Shown here: positions 1-8,039 of the stretch, one piece after another
Layout of the letters: every line of letters begins with the position of its first letter
Numbering within the stretch: position 1 is the stretch's first letter
Assembly (NCBI GenBank): GCA_044344255.1
Contig: JBIJDH010000004.1
Coordinates: 64,001 to 128,000 of the forward strand
Source: Myxococcota bacterium
GTDB taxonomy: Bacteria > Myxococcota_A > UBA796 > UBA2385
Direction of reading: 5' to 3'
DNA: 64,000 nt
Position numbers and translations under genes: made by a program
Notes under the pieces: model-generated
Seen by the model: the letters and a program-made list of their open reading frames with translations, nothing else
Told to the model about the DNA's origin: nothing
Database searches by the model: none

Positions 1-2
1 TG

Positions 3-1988
3 TCCGACACGACGCGGTTGGTCGAGGCCGCTGAGGCCGTAGAGCTCAACCCGTCGCGCCCCGAGGCGGTGGTCGCGGATGCGCGAGGCGACGAGGGCCC
101 ATCGCTCCGCGCCGAGGCCCCGCCGCGTCTGGCCGGCGGACTTGCGATGCCGCCCCAGGCACCGTCTCTCACCCCTTCTCTGTCGCCGTCTCCAGTGGTC
201 TCGGCGCCTCCGGTGGTCTCGGCGCCTCCGGTGGTCTCGGCGCCTCCGGTGATCGCGGCGCCTCCGGTGGTCTCGGCGTCTCCGGTGGTTTCGGCGTCTC
301 CGACTCGTTCGCCGTCTCCTGCGGTACCGGCGCCTCCGGTGGTCTCGGCGCCTCCGGTGGTCTCGGTGACTCCTGCGGTCTCGGTGACTCCGGTGATCGC
401 GGCGCCTCCGGTGATCGCGGCGCCTCCGGTGATCGCGGCGCCTCCGGTGGTCTCGGCGCCGCCGGTGGTCTCGGTGACTCCGGTGGTCTCGGCGGCTCCG
501 GTGGTCTCGGCGGCTCCGGTGGTCTCGGCGCCGCCGGTGGTCTCGGCGACTCCGGTGGTTTCGCCATCTTCGGGTCTGTTGCCGCCTCCGGTGGTTTCGC
601 TGAATGCGGTCGTGTCGCCGTCTGCGGGTCTGTCGCCGTCCCAAGTGGTCTCGGGGCCTCTGGTGGTTTCGCCGTCTCCGACGCTTTCGCCGTCTCCCTC
701 TTTGTCTGCAACCCCAGGCGGCTCAACCTTGGCAGCGGCGGCGCGGCCCGTGATCGCTCCCTCGCTCGCTGTGGGCGGCGCGGCCGGACTCGAGGTCCTA
801 TCCCTTCACCTCCGTTCGGGCGCTCCGGCGATGGTCGCGCTCGGCCGCGCCGCGGGGGGGCCGGGTCGCGCCGGTCCCGAGGCCGACGGAGTCACGCTCT
901 CGCCGATCTTACGACGGGCCCAATTGACCGCAAGAGAGCCGGTGGCTGGGCGGCTCGAGCGCCCGGTGGCGTCCGCAGACCGGCCGGTCCGCGGGGCTCC
1001 GATCGGCTTGCGCGCGGGGCCCTCGGCGCCGGTGAACGCGCCCCCGGTGAGCCCGCTGCCCCTCGACGGGGTGCCCTCTTCGTCCGGGCCGCCGCCCGCG
1101 CAGAGTGTGCCGGAGACGGCCTTCGTGACTCAGTCCAATCGCCTCGCGGGCGCGGTCGCGGCGCACCTTGGGGCGAACCCCGGCGTCCAGCGGCCCTCGA
1201 CCCCAGGCGCTGCGCCAGACAGGGAGCTGGCCGAAGGGACGGGAGAGGAGCGAGCGGTGACCGGAGAGCCCCGCCTCCTGCCGCGGGGGGCCTTCAGCCC
1301 CCGCCGCATCGCCACGCCGCTCGCCGCGGCGCTCCGCGAACTGCCGGCGCGCCTGGCTAATTCGCTCCTTCGACCCTCCGCTCTCGGGAGTGGCTCTCCG
1401 GCCCAGCGGGCCGAGGCGCCTGCGGAGGGCTCCCTCACAGAGCGGGAAGGCGACGCCGGCCGGCCGGCCGCCGTCGAAGGGGGGCTCGGCACGCTCGACC
1501 GCGGTCAGGCAGATCCGCCTGTCGCGGGCGTGGTCGCCACCGCCCCCCCGGTCGAACCCGTGGAGGGGGCCGCGGAGGCCCCCCGCGCCCGCGAGGCGTC
1601 CCACGACTCGCTCGACACGCCCCCGCCGCCGGTCGACGACGACCGCCTCTCCTCCCCGGCATTGTCCCGGCTCCAAGAGGTGGAGCTGCGCCTCCGAGAC
1701 ACCGAGGGCGACATCCGGGTGGCCGTCCGTCGACAAGGTGAGGGCCTTGGTGTCCACCTCCAGGCCCCGCGCAGCCTCGTGCCCGAGCTCCGTGAGCTCC
1801 GCGCGGAGGTGGGGGCGGAGCTGGCCCAGGATGGGCACCAGCTCGACTCCTACGACGCCACGCCCGATCCCGACGAGGGTGCGCCGGACCCCGAGGGCGC
1901 CCCGCGGCCCGGCCAGGGCGAGGCTCCTTCCGCTCCGGCCGCCACTCCCAGCCGGGGTCGCGGTCAGGTCATCAACCGCGTGGTCTGA
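3..1988 (+). CDS. fliK: Flagellar hook-length control protein FliK-like, probably 5'-truncated by the window edge (first in-window start is TTG at 18)
   Basis: Long Pro/Ala-rich low-complexity protein with a C-terminal T3S4-like segment (EVELRLRDTEGDIRVAVRRQGEGLGVHLQA...LAQDGHQL). It sits directly upstream of flgD, the canonical fliK position. The frame is open to the left edge. Confidence 0.72.
   Translation, partial: SDTTRLVEAAEAVELNPSRPEAVVADARGDEGPSLRAEAPPRLAGGLAMPPQAPSLTPSLSPSPVVSAPPVVSAPPVVSAPPVIAAPPVVSASPVVSASPTRSPSPAVPAPPVVSAPPVVSVTPAVSVTPVIAAPPVIAAPPVIAAPPVVSAPPVVSVTPVVSAAPVVSAAPVVSAPPVVSATPVVSPSSGLLPPPVVSLNAVVSPSAGLSPSQVVSGPLVVSPSPTLSPSPSLSATPGGSTLAAAARPVIAPSLAVGGAAGLEVLSLHLRSGAPAMVALGRAAGGPGRAGPEADGVTLSPILRRAQLTAREPVAGRLERPVASADRPVRGAPIGLRAGPSAPVNAPPVSPLPLDGVPSSSGPPPAQSVPETAFVTQSNRLAGAVAAHLGANPGVQRPSTPGAAPDRELAEGTGEERAVTGEPRLLPRGAFSPRRIATPLAAALRELPARLANSLLRPSALGSGSPAQRAEAPAEGSLTEREGDAGRPAAVEGGLGTLDRGQADPPVAGVVATAPPVEPVEGAAEAPRAREASHDSLDTPPPPVDDDRLSSPALSRLQEVELRLRDTEGDIRVAVRRQGEGLGVHLQAPRSLVPELRELRAEVGAELAQDGHQLDSYDATPDPDEGAPDPEGAPRPGQGEAPSAPAATPSRGRGQVINRVV
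174..713 (+). repeat. In-frame 18-bp tandem repeat (consensus CCGGTGGTCTCGGCGCCT = PVVSAP); 21 core units at 192-569, about 30 units including degenerate flanks
   Basis: Units read directly: PVVSAP, PVIAAP, PVVSAS, PVVSVT, PVVSAA and similar, with exact 6-codon periodicity. Confidence 0.95.
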
Positions 1989-2027
1989 GCCCTCCCACGC
2001 AGCCCCCTTCCTCCCGCCCCTCTCCCG

Positions 2028-2699
2028 GTGGTCCCCTTGTCCACGTCTATCCAAGGTGTCTCCAGCTCCACCGACATCTCGACCTCCACGGTCGAGGCGG
2101 CGAGCGACGAGCTCGACAAGAACTCCTTCTTGACGCTGCTGGTCACCCAGCTCCAGTACCAGGATCCGCTCAATCCGCAGGACAACCAGGAGTTTGTGGC
2201 TCAGCTCGCCACCTTCTCGCAGCTCGAGCAGTCTCAGAGCATGAATGACTCGCTGTCGGCGGTCTACCTCGCGATCTCGTCGATGAACAACGCGTCGATG
2301 ACCCAGCTGCTCGGCCAGCAGATCGTGGCCAAGGGCGACACCTTCCACTACGCCTCCGGCGATGAGGAGCTGCACTACGACGCGGCCTCCGCCGTCCAGA
2401 ACGCGACGCTGACCATCACCAACGCCGATGGGAGCGTGGTCTACACCGAGGAGCTCGGCGGCCTCGACGAGGGGGAGGGCTCCTACACCTGGGATGGCTC
2501 GACCATCTCCGGCATCGCCGAAGAGGGTGACTACACCTTCACGATCACCGGGACAGACACGGCCGGCGACGACGTGGAGATCACGGCCCTCATCGCGGGC
2601 GTCATCGATGGCATGTCCTTCGAGGAGGGCACCCCCACGCCCTCCATCGAGGGGATCGACCTCTCGCTCGGGGACATCATCCGCGTGGAGACCCCGTGA
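2028..2699 (+). CDS. flgD: Flagellar hook assembly (cap) protein FlgD
   Basis: LDKNSFLTLLVTQLQYQDPLNPQDNQEFVAQLATFSQLEQ signature; C-terminal FlgD Ig-like domain (YTWDG...EGDYTFTI). Start may be TTG 2037. Confidence 0.95.
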   Translation: MVPLSTSIQGVSSSTDISTSTVEAASDELDKNSFLTLLVTQLQYQDPLNPQDNQEFVAQLATFSQLEQSQSMNDSLSAVYLAISSMNNASMTQLLGQQIVAKGDTFHYASGDEELHYDAASAVQNATLTITNADGSVVYTEELGGLDEGEGSYTWDGSTISGIAEEGDYTFTITGTDTAGDDVEITALIAGVIDGMSFEEGTPTPSIEGIDLSLGDIIRVETP

Positions 2700-2753
2700 G
2701 CGCGCCGTTCGGGCCTAGCGGGTTGAAGTTGCGGTTCGCTGGGGCCAAACCCT

Positions 2754-2782
2754 TTGAACCCTTCCTCCCACTAGAGTAGAGT
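2754..2782 (+). promoter_or_regulatory. Candidate sigma-70 promoter, probably leaderless, for the TIGR02530-flgE unit
   Basis: TTGAAC (2754-2759), 17 bp, TAGAGT (2777-2782). ATG at 2791 follows 8 nt later with no Shine-Dalgarno. Confidence 0.55.
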
Positions 2783-2790
2783 GCCGCGCC

Positions 2791-3195
2791 ATGCGTGTCC
2801 TTCCCCCCCCCAACAACGTCGCCGGTTCCGCTCCCGCGGGTCCGCTCGTGTTGGGCAGCCGGCTGGACCCTGCGGCGGGGGCCTCCTTTGCCGCCTTCTT
2901 GGAGAACGCGACCGCCGCAGACGTGGAGCCGCCCGTCACCGACGTCAGCTTCTCTCGGCACGCGATCTCCCGGTTGCAGAGCCGAAACATTCAGATTTCG
3001 CCCACGGAGCTCGCCGAGCTCTCTCATGCCATCGATCGCCTAAGCGCGAGGGGGGCGCGGGAGAGCCTGCTGATCCACGGCGACAACGCCTTCGTGGTGG
3101 GGGTGCAGAAGCGCACCGTCATCACAGCCCTCACCCGCCAAGAGGCGGTTGGGAGCATCTTTACCAACATCGACTCTACGCTCGTCGTCCGCTGA
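2791..3195 (+). CDS. Flagellar operon protein, TIGR02530 family
   Basis: VSFSRHAISRLQSRNI...GARESLL...AFVVGVQKRTVITAL...IFTNIDST; located between flgD and flgE. Confidence 0.88.
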   Translation: MRVLPPPNNVAGSAPAGPLVLGSRLDPAAGASFAAFLENATAADVEPPVTDVSFSRHAISRLQSRNIQISPTELAELSHAIDRLSARGARESLLIHGDNAFVVGVQKRTVITALTRQEAVGSIFTNIDSTLVVR

Positions 3196-3345
3196 CTACC
3201 CTGAGCGGGCAGCGGGCGGGTGTGCCGGGGTAGCCCAGGTGCCCCCAAACAGGCCGGACCGAGGGAGCGATCCCCTGGGGGCCTGCGGAGGACGTCCGAA
3301 TGACGGCCTCCACCCCCGCGCGATGAGCGTCGCGCGGGCCCCGCA
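3196..3345 (+). ncRNA. Candidate structured cis-regulatory RNA in the flgE leader (four hairpins)
   Basis: Stems: 3196-3203/3226-3233; 3251-3266/3271-3284 (GCGA tetraloop, GGA internal bulge); 3287-3296/3302-3311 (loop CGAAT); 3315-3324/3329-3338. Confidence 0.45.
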
Positions 3346-3381
3346 AACTGTCCCCCTTCGCCCAACCTTCCCGGAGACCAG

Positions 3382-4725
3382 ATGTCCCTCTTCAGCACGA
3401 TGAACACCGCCGCTTCCGGCCTCGGCGTCGCCAGCTCCAACCTCGGCGTGATCGGCGACAACATCGCCAACATCGGCACGACCGCCTTCAAGAAGAACCG
3501 GGCGGAGTTCGCTGACTTCCTCCCGCAGAACGTGGTCGGCCTCGCGGGCCCCGCCCAGCTCGGCATCGGCGCGGCGACGAACACCATCGCCACGATCTTC
3601 GCCCAGGGCTCGATCGCCACCAGCGAGAACGCCCTTGACCTCGCCATCAACGGCGACGGCTTCTTTGTCGTGAGCGATCAGGTCTCCGACTTCTACACCC
3701 GAGCTGGCGCCTTCGCCCTCGACGACGCGGGCTTCGTGGTCAACGCCCAGGGCATGCGCCTCCAGGGCTACAATTCCGACCAGGGCACGCTCGGCAAGTC
3801 CCTGGGTGACCTCGTGGTCGACCTCGACCCCATCGCGCCGAACGCGACGACGGAGGTCGACCTCACCGCGATCCTCTCCGCCGAGGCCGACTACACCACC
3901 ACCCCGATCGCCACCGGCCTCGGCGCCGGCACCATCCTCTTCGACGGCTCCGCCGCCGGCACCACCCTCGAAGACGCCGCCGATACGTCCGACTTCGCCA
4001 CCTCGGTGACGATGTATGACTCTCTTGGGGTCCCCCACGAGGTCACGGTCCTCTACGAGCGCAGCGACGTGGACACCTGGACCTGGTACGCCGTGGTCGA
4101 CGCGGGTGAGGTCGACGATGGCACCGGCGTCCCCTTGACCGATGGCACGGCCTACCAGATCGCCTCTGGCGTCGCCAACTTCGACACCGCCGGCGACCTC
4201 GTGGACAACACCCAGACTGACGTGGTCGGCTGGACCTTCTACGGCGCCGCGGCTTCGGCCCCGGTCTTCGCTTTCGGTCGGGATGCGCTGGGCGTGGCCA
4301 CCGAGGGTCGCGTCCGCATGATCTCGGGTGACTCCGCCGTCTCGGCGGTCTTCCAGGACGGCTACGCCCCCGGCGACCTCACCACCATGTCGGTCGACCC
4401 CGAAGGTGTGATCACCGGCGTGTACTCCAACGGCCAGGACATCATCCTCGGCCAGGTCGCCCTCGCGCGCTTCCCGGCGAATGAGGGCCTCGACCGGGTG
4501 GGCAGCACGCTCTTCCGGGAGACGGTGGCTTCGGGTCAGCCCGCGATCGGCGTCGCCGACACTGGCGGCCGCGGCATGATCATCGGCAACGCGCTCGAGA
4601 AGAGCAACGTCGACCTCGAGGACGAGTTCGTCTCGATGATCACCTCTCAGCGTGGCTACCAGGCCAACTCGCGGGTGATCAGCACGGCCAACGACACCCT
4701 CGATGAGCTCGTGCGCATCGTCTGA
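3382..4725 (+). CDS. flgE: Flagellar hook protein FlgE
   Basis: N-terminal ASGL...IGDNIANIGTTAFK; LDLAINGDGFF; YTRAGAF; YDSLG; C-terminal LEKSNVDLEDEFVSMITSQRGYQANSRVI. GGAG SD. Confidence 0.96.
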   Translation: MSLFSTMNTAASGLGVASSNLGVIGDNIANIGTTAFKKNRAEFADFLPQNVVGLAGPAQLGIGAATNTIATIFAQGSIATSENALDLAINGDGFFVVSDQVSDFYTRAGAFALDDAGFVVNAQGMRLQGYNSDQGTLGKSLGDLVVDLDPIAPNATTEVDLTAILSAEADYTTTPIATGLGAGTILFDGSAAGTTLEDAADTSDFATSVTMYDSLGVPHEVTVLYERSDVDTWTWYAVVDAGEVDDGTGVPLTDGTAYQIASGVANFDTAGDLVDNTQTDVVGWTFYGAAASAPVFAFGRDALGVATEGRVRMISGDSAVSAVFQDGYAPGDLTTMSVDPEGVITGVYSNGQDIILGQVALARFPANEGLDRVGSTLFRETVASGQPAIGVADTGGRGMIIGNALEKSNVDLEDEFVSMITSQRGYQANSRVISTANDTLDELVRIV

Positions 4726-4737
4726 TCGGCCGCCTCG

Positions 4738-4770
4738 GCCTGCCTCGGCTCACCGTTGGGCCGGGCAGGC
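4738..4770 (+). terminator. Strong GC hairpin just after flgE with no U-tract (terminator-like or 3' mRNA stabiliser)
   Basis: GCCTGCC-T-CGGCTCA / loop CCGT / TGGGCCG-GGCAGGC, 14-bp stem. Confidence 0.4.
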
Positions 4771-4869
4771 GACCTCAAGGGCCCGCCCGAGGTGCAGCAG
4801 CGGGGCTTGGGCGGGTGTACCTCGAGTGGCTTGTCGGGTGGGTGGTTCGGGACGATTGGGGGTGCGGAG

Positions 4870-5484
4870 ATGGCGGAAGAAGTGGGCGCGAAAGAGGAAG
4901 GCGATGGGAAGAAGCGAGCTTCTGTCCTTGTGATCGTCGGTGTTGCCTTCGGAATGCTCCTCGTTGGGCTGGGCGGCGGGTACTTCGTCGCCAAGCTCGT
5001 CGGCGGGGGGGCGAAGGCGCCTGCCGGTGAAGAGGGCGCCGAGGGTGAAGCGGCGGACGCCTCCGGCGAAGCCGCCGCCGAAGGCGGAGAGGAGCACGCC
5101 GCCGCCGCCTCCGAGGGCGGCCACGGGGGAGAGGAGAAGTCTGAGGGTGGGCACGAGGGTGCGGAGAAGGCCGCTCACAAGACGGGCCCTCAGGTGGTGG
5201 GGCTCGGCAGCTTCACGGTCAACCTGCGCGACAGCGCGGGCTCCCGGCTCTTGCTGATGGAGATCGCCCTGGAGTGTGCGCCCTCGGCGGCGCTCAAGGT
5301 GGAGGCGCGGGACGCACAGATCTCGGACACGGTCAACCTGCTCGCGGCGGACTACACCTTCCTGGAGCTGGACGGGCTGGACGGCCGAATGCGCCTCAAG
5401 GATGAGCTGCTGCGGCGGATCAACGCGGTGCTCTCGCCGGACAAGTGCGATCGACTCTACTTCACCTCCTTCGTCGTTCAGTGA
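4870..5484 (+). CDS. fliL: Flagellar basal body-associated protein FliL
   Basis: N-terminal TM helix, Gly/Glu/His-rich linker, FTVNLRD...L GRMRLKDELLRRIN...LYFTSFVVQ C-terminus. I chose ATG 4870 over TTG 4756. Confidence 0.9.
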   Translation: MAEEVGAKEEGDGKKRASVLVIVGVAFGMLLVGLGGGYFVAKLVGGGAKAPAGEEGAEGEAADASGEAAAEGGEEHAAAASEGGHGGEEKSEGGHEGAEKAAHKTGPQVVGLGSFTVNLRDSAGSRLLLMEIALECAPSAALKVEARDAQISDTVNLLAADYTFLELDGLDGRMRLKDELLRRINAVLSPDKCDRLYFTSFVVQ

Positions 5485-5578
5485 GGAGAGCCTCCGCTGT
5501 GCGCTTCACTCATGCCAAGACCGATAGGCCGCCTTCCGCGGCTCGTCGGGCGGAAAGACCAGTTAGGGGCCGGCGCGG

Positions 5579-6448
5579 ATGACACAGCCTTCTCCCACGC
5601 GGTCCCTCCTCGTCCACGCTCGGGGGGCGGACACCGCCCTGCCCGGGGTGGAAGTCTTCATGCGGAATTTCAGCCAGCGGCTGAGATCCCGCATGGTCAG
5701 CCGTTGTTCGAAGGACTTCCAGGTCCGGCTGACGGGCATCACGGGGCGGAGGATCGGCGACACCCTCAAGGATGAGGTCTGGAAGGACTCCGGCGTCTTC
5801 GGGTTGCTGCGCCTGGACTCAGTCGGCCTCGCGGGCTTGGTGGCCATCCAGGTCTCGGTCCTCACGCGGATCATCCTCGCGATGACCGGCGATGACGAGG
5901 CAGCGGATGCCCCTCGCGGTGGCCCTCGGAGCATGAGCCCGGTCGAGCTCCGCATCGCCACGCGGACCATGCAGGACATCTGCCGTGATCTGACCGCGAC
6001 CTGGCCGCTTCGTCCGGCCGTGGAGGTCGACCTGGAGGGATCCCCCGGAGGTCCGCGCGTGATCGATCCGCGCAGCGCCACCGAGGAGGTCTTTTGGGCC
6101 ACCATGGAGCTCGGGCCGGTGGAGAGCCCATTCGGCCTCCTCTGTGTCGGTGTGCCCACGCAGGCCCTCCGCGGCCTCGGCGCGGCGGGGGGCCCCGCTC
6201 GGCGAGAGGCTCGAAAGCCCGGCGACTTCAGTCGGGTGATGCCGGTGGAGGTGGAGGTGGTGGCCGAGATGGCCCGCCTGCCGATGCGGGTGCGCGACCT
6301 CCGCGCGCTCTCGATCGGAGACCTCGTCCCGCTCGGCGCTTTGGACGGAGCGTTGCTCCGTGTCAACGGGCGTGAGGTGCTGGTCGGCGAGCCCGGTCAC
6401 GCAAACGGACAGCGCTCCGTGCGGGTCATAAGAAAGCTCGCCCGCTGA
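5579..6448 (+). CDS. fliM: Flagellar motor switch protein FliM, divergent and lacking the N-terminal CheY-binding peptide
   Basis: RSMSPVELRI middle-domain motif; C-terminal SpoA domain (VEVVAEMARLPMRVRDLRALSIGDLVPL...GEPGHANGQRSVRV); between fliL and fliN. In-frame TAG at 5564 limits the N-terminus. Confidence 0.75.
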   Translation: MTQPSPTRSLLVHARGADTALPGVEVFMRNFSQRLRSRMVSRCSKDFQVRLTGITGRRIGDTLKDEVWKDSGVFGLLRLDSVGLAGLVAIQVSVLTRIILAMTGDDEAADAPRGGPRSMSPVELRIATRTMQDICRDLTATWPLRPAVEVDLEGSPGGPRVIDPRSATEEVFWATMELGPVESPFGLLCVGVPTQALRGLGAAGGPARREARKPGDFSRVMPVEVEVVAEMARLPMRVRDLRALSIGDLVPLGALDGALLRVNGREVLVGEPGHANGQRSVRVIRKLAR

Positions 6449-6579
6449 GCGGTAGCCGGGGCAATTTCGCGATAGCCTCCGCGCTCCCGCGGTGGTGGCG
6501 TGCTGGGAGGGGGGCGGCGGCACGCGCCTCCAGGTGCTTCCGCTGCCTCTCCCGAATCTCTTCGACTTGAGGTGACGAA

Positions 6580-6858
6580 ATGGCGCGACCGACTGAATCC
6601 CAAGGATTCGACGAGGTTACGTTCCTCGGCGACATTCCGGTTGACGTCGTGATCGAGCTCGGTCGGCGCCGCATGGTCTTGAAGGAGCTCGCGGGCCTTG
6701 AAGCGGACGACATCGTGGAGCTCGACCAGCCGATGGATCGGCCGCTCGATCTCGTCGTCGGAGGGAGGGTGCTCGCGCGCGGCGAGCTCGTGATGGTCGG
6801 GGATCGGGTCGCCTTGCGCATCACCGAGCTGATCGGGCGGTCCAAGGAGGGCGGTTGA
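6580..6858 (+). CDS. fliN: Flagellar motor switch protein FliN
   Basis: DIPVDVVIELGRRRM...IVELDQ...ARGELVMVGDRVALRITE SpoA domain; GAGG SD. Confidence 0.92.
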   Translation: MARPTESQGFDEVTFLGDIPVDVVIELGRRRMVLKELAGLEADDIVELDQPMDRPLDLVVGGRVLARGELVMVGDRVALRITELIGRSKEGG

Positions 6859-8039
6859 TCGGCAGCGCGCTCCTCTATCTGACGCTCACGATCGGGCTCC
6901 CCGTCGCTGAGGCTCAGGACGGCGCAACCGCGACCCCACCTGCGGCGGGCGCTCGTCCGACGGCGCGTCGTCGTCGGGCGCGGCGACCTGCGCGGGCGGC
7001 TCCGCCCGCCCCCGCGGTCGAAGCGGCCCCCTCGGAGGGCCTCGTGCCGGTCCCCGCGGAGGCGGCGCCTGCGCCGGTCTGTGGCCCACTCGGCGAGGGC
7101 TGCGAGACCCTGCCCGACGGTGACCCTGCGTGGGCCGACGGCGCGGTCGGGTCGGCCCCCTCCGATCCCGCCACGGCGAACCAGACGGAGAGAGAGCGGC
7201 GCGAGATGGAGCGCCTCTTCGGGGGTGCGCCCAGCGGGGTCCAGGCTCCGCCTGCGATCCCCACGGTGACGCTGCCGAGCCCGGATGTCCCTCTGTGGGC
7301 CTGGCCCCTCGTGCTGGTGGGCGCGGTGGCCCTGTATGTGCTCCGAGATCGGCTCCTTCGGCGTCGCCAGCCGGCCCCCGTGCTGCGGGTGCTCGGCCGA
7401 GTGTCGCTCGGGAAGGAGGGCAGCCTCGCGCTGGTCGACGTAGACGATGGCCGTGGGGGCAGCCGGCGCCTGCTGCTCGGACTCGGTGCCGGGACGCCCC
7501 AGCTTCTGACCGATCTGAGCCAGCCCGCCCGGCGCTCCGTCGACACGCCGCTCGCGGACGGTGAGGCGCTCGCCCCTCCGAGGCCGCCGCGGCCGCCCGG
7601 CGCGACGCTCGCGGTGGTGGGAGAAGAGGACGACGACGAAGATCTGCTCCCACCGCCGCGCCGGGCCCCTCGGGCGACCGCGCAGGCCTGGGAGACCGCC
7701 CTCGATGAGGCGGAGGCAGAGGTTGAGGTGGAGCCCCCGCTTCGACCACTCCCAATCCCCCCTTACACCGCTTCGCCTGCGCCGATGATGCCGCCGCTGC
7801 CGATGTCGTCGGCGCCGATGTCGCCGGTGAGCATGTCGCCCTCGGTGCTTTCGCCGGTCTCCTCCACCGAGCCGCTGGGCGCCGCGGTGACCGCTCACTC
7901 CCCGCTGCGGTCGCGGCGGCTCCCGCCCGGTCTTGAGCAGCGTGATGATCTGATCGCGGAGGTGCTCGCCGAGCGGGGTGGGGAAGGGGAGCCCGAGCCC
8001 CGCCGCCGAGCCGGGAGCCCGTGGGCACGGGGGACTTGA
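6855..8039 (+). CDS. fliO: FliO-like flagellar export chaperone with long Pro-rich extensions
   Basis: Central TM plus LRVLGRVSLGKEGSLALVDV...RRLLLGLGAGTPQLLTDL FliO core; between fliN and fliP with stop/start overlaps at both ends. Confidence 0.75.
   Translation: MIGSALLYLTLTIGLPVAEAQDGATATPPAAGARPTARRRRARRPARAAPPAPAVEAAPSEGLVPVPAEAAPAPVCGPLGEGCETLPDGDPAWADGAVGSAPSDPATANQTERERREMERLFGGAPSGVQAPPAIPTVTLPSPDVPLWAWPLVLVGAVALYVLRDRLLRRRQPAPVLRVLGRVSLGKEGSLALVDVDDGRGGSRRLLLGLGAGTPQLLTDLSQPARRSVDTPLADGEALAPPRPPRPPGATLAVVGEEDDDEDLLPPPRRAPRATAQAWETALDEAEAEVEVEPPLRPLPIPPYTASPAPMMPPLPMSSAPMSPVSMSPSVLSPVSSTEPLGAAVTAHSPLRSRRLPPGLEQRDDLIAEVLAERGGEGEPEPRRRAGSPWARGT

Noticed and set aside
174..713. Tandem repeat as a CRISPR array
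   Set aside because: Units are contiguous 18-mers with no unique spacers, lie in frame within a CDS, and there are no cas genes.
169..726. Minus-strand 185-aa (PPEAPR)n ORF
   Set aside because: Antisense shadow of the fliK repeat; no independent support.
5501..5527. Sigma-28 promoter upstream of fliM (ACCGATAG)
   Set aside because: The -10 resembles GCCGATAA but there is no TAAA-like -35 at the correct spacing.
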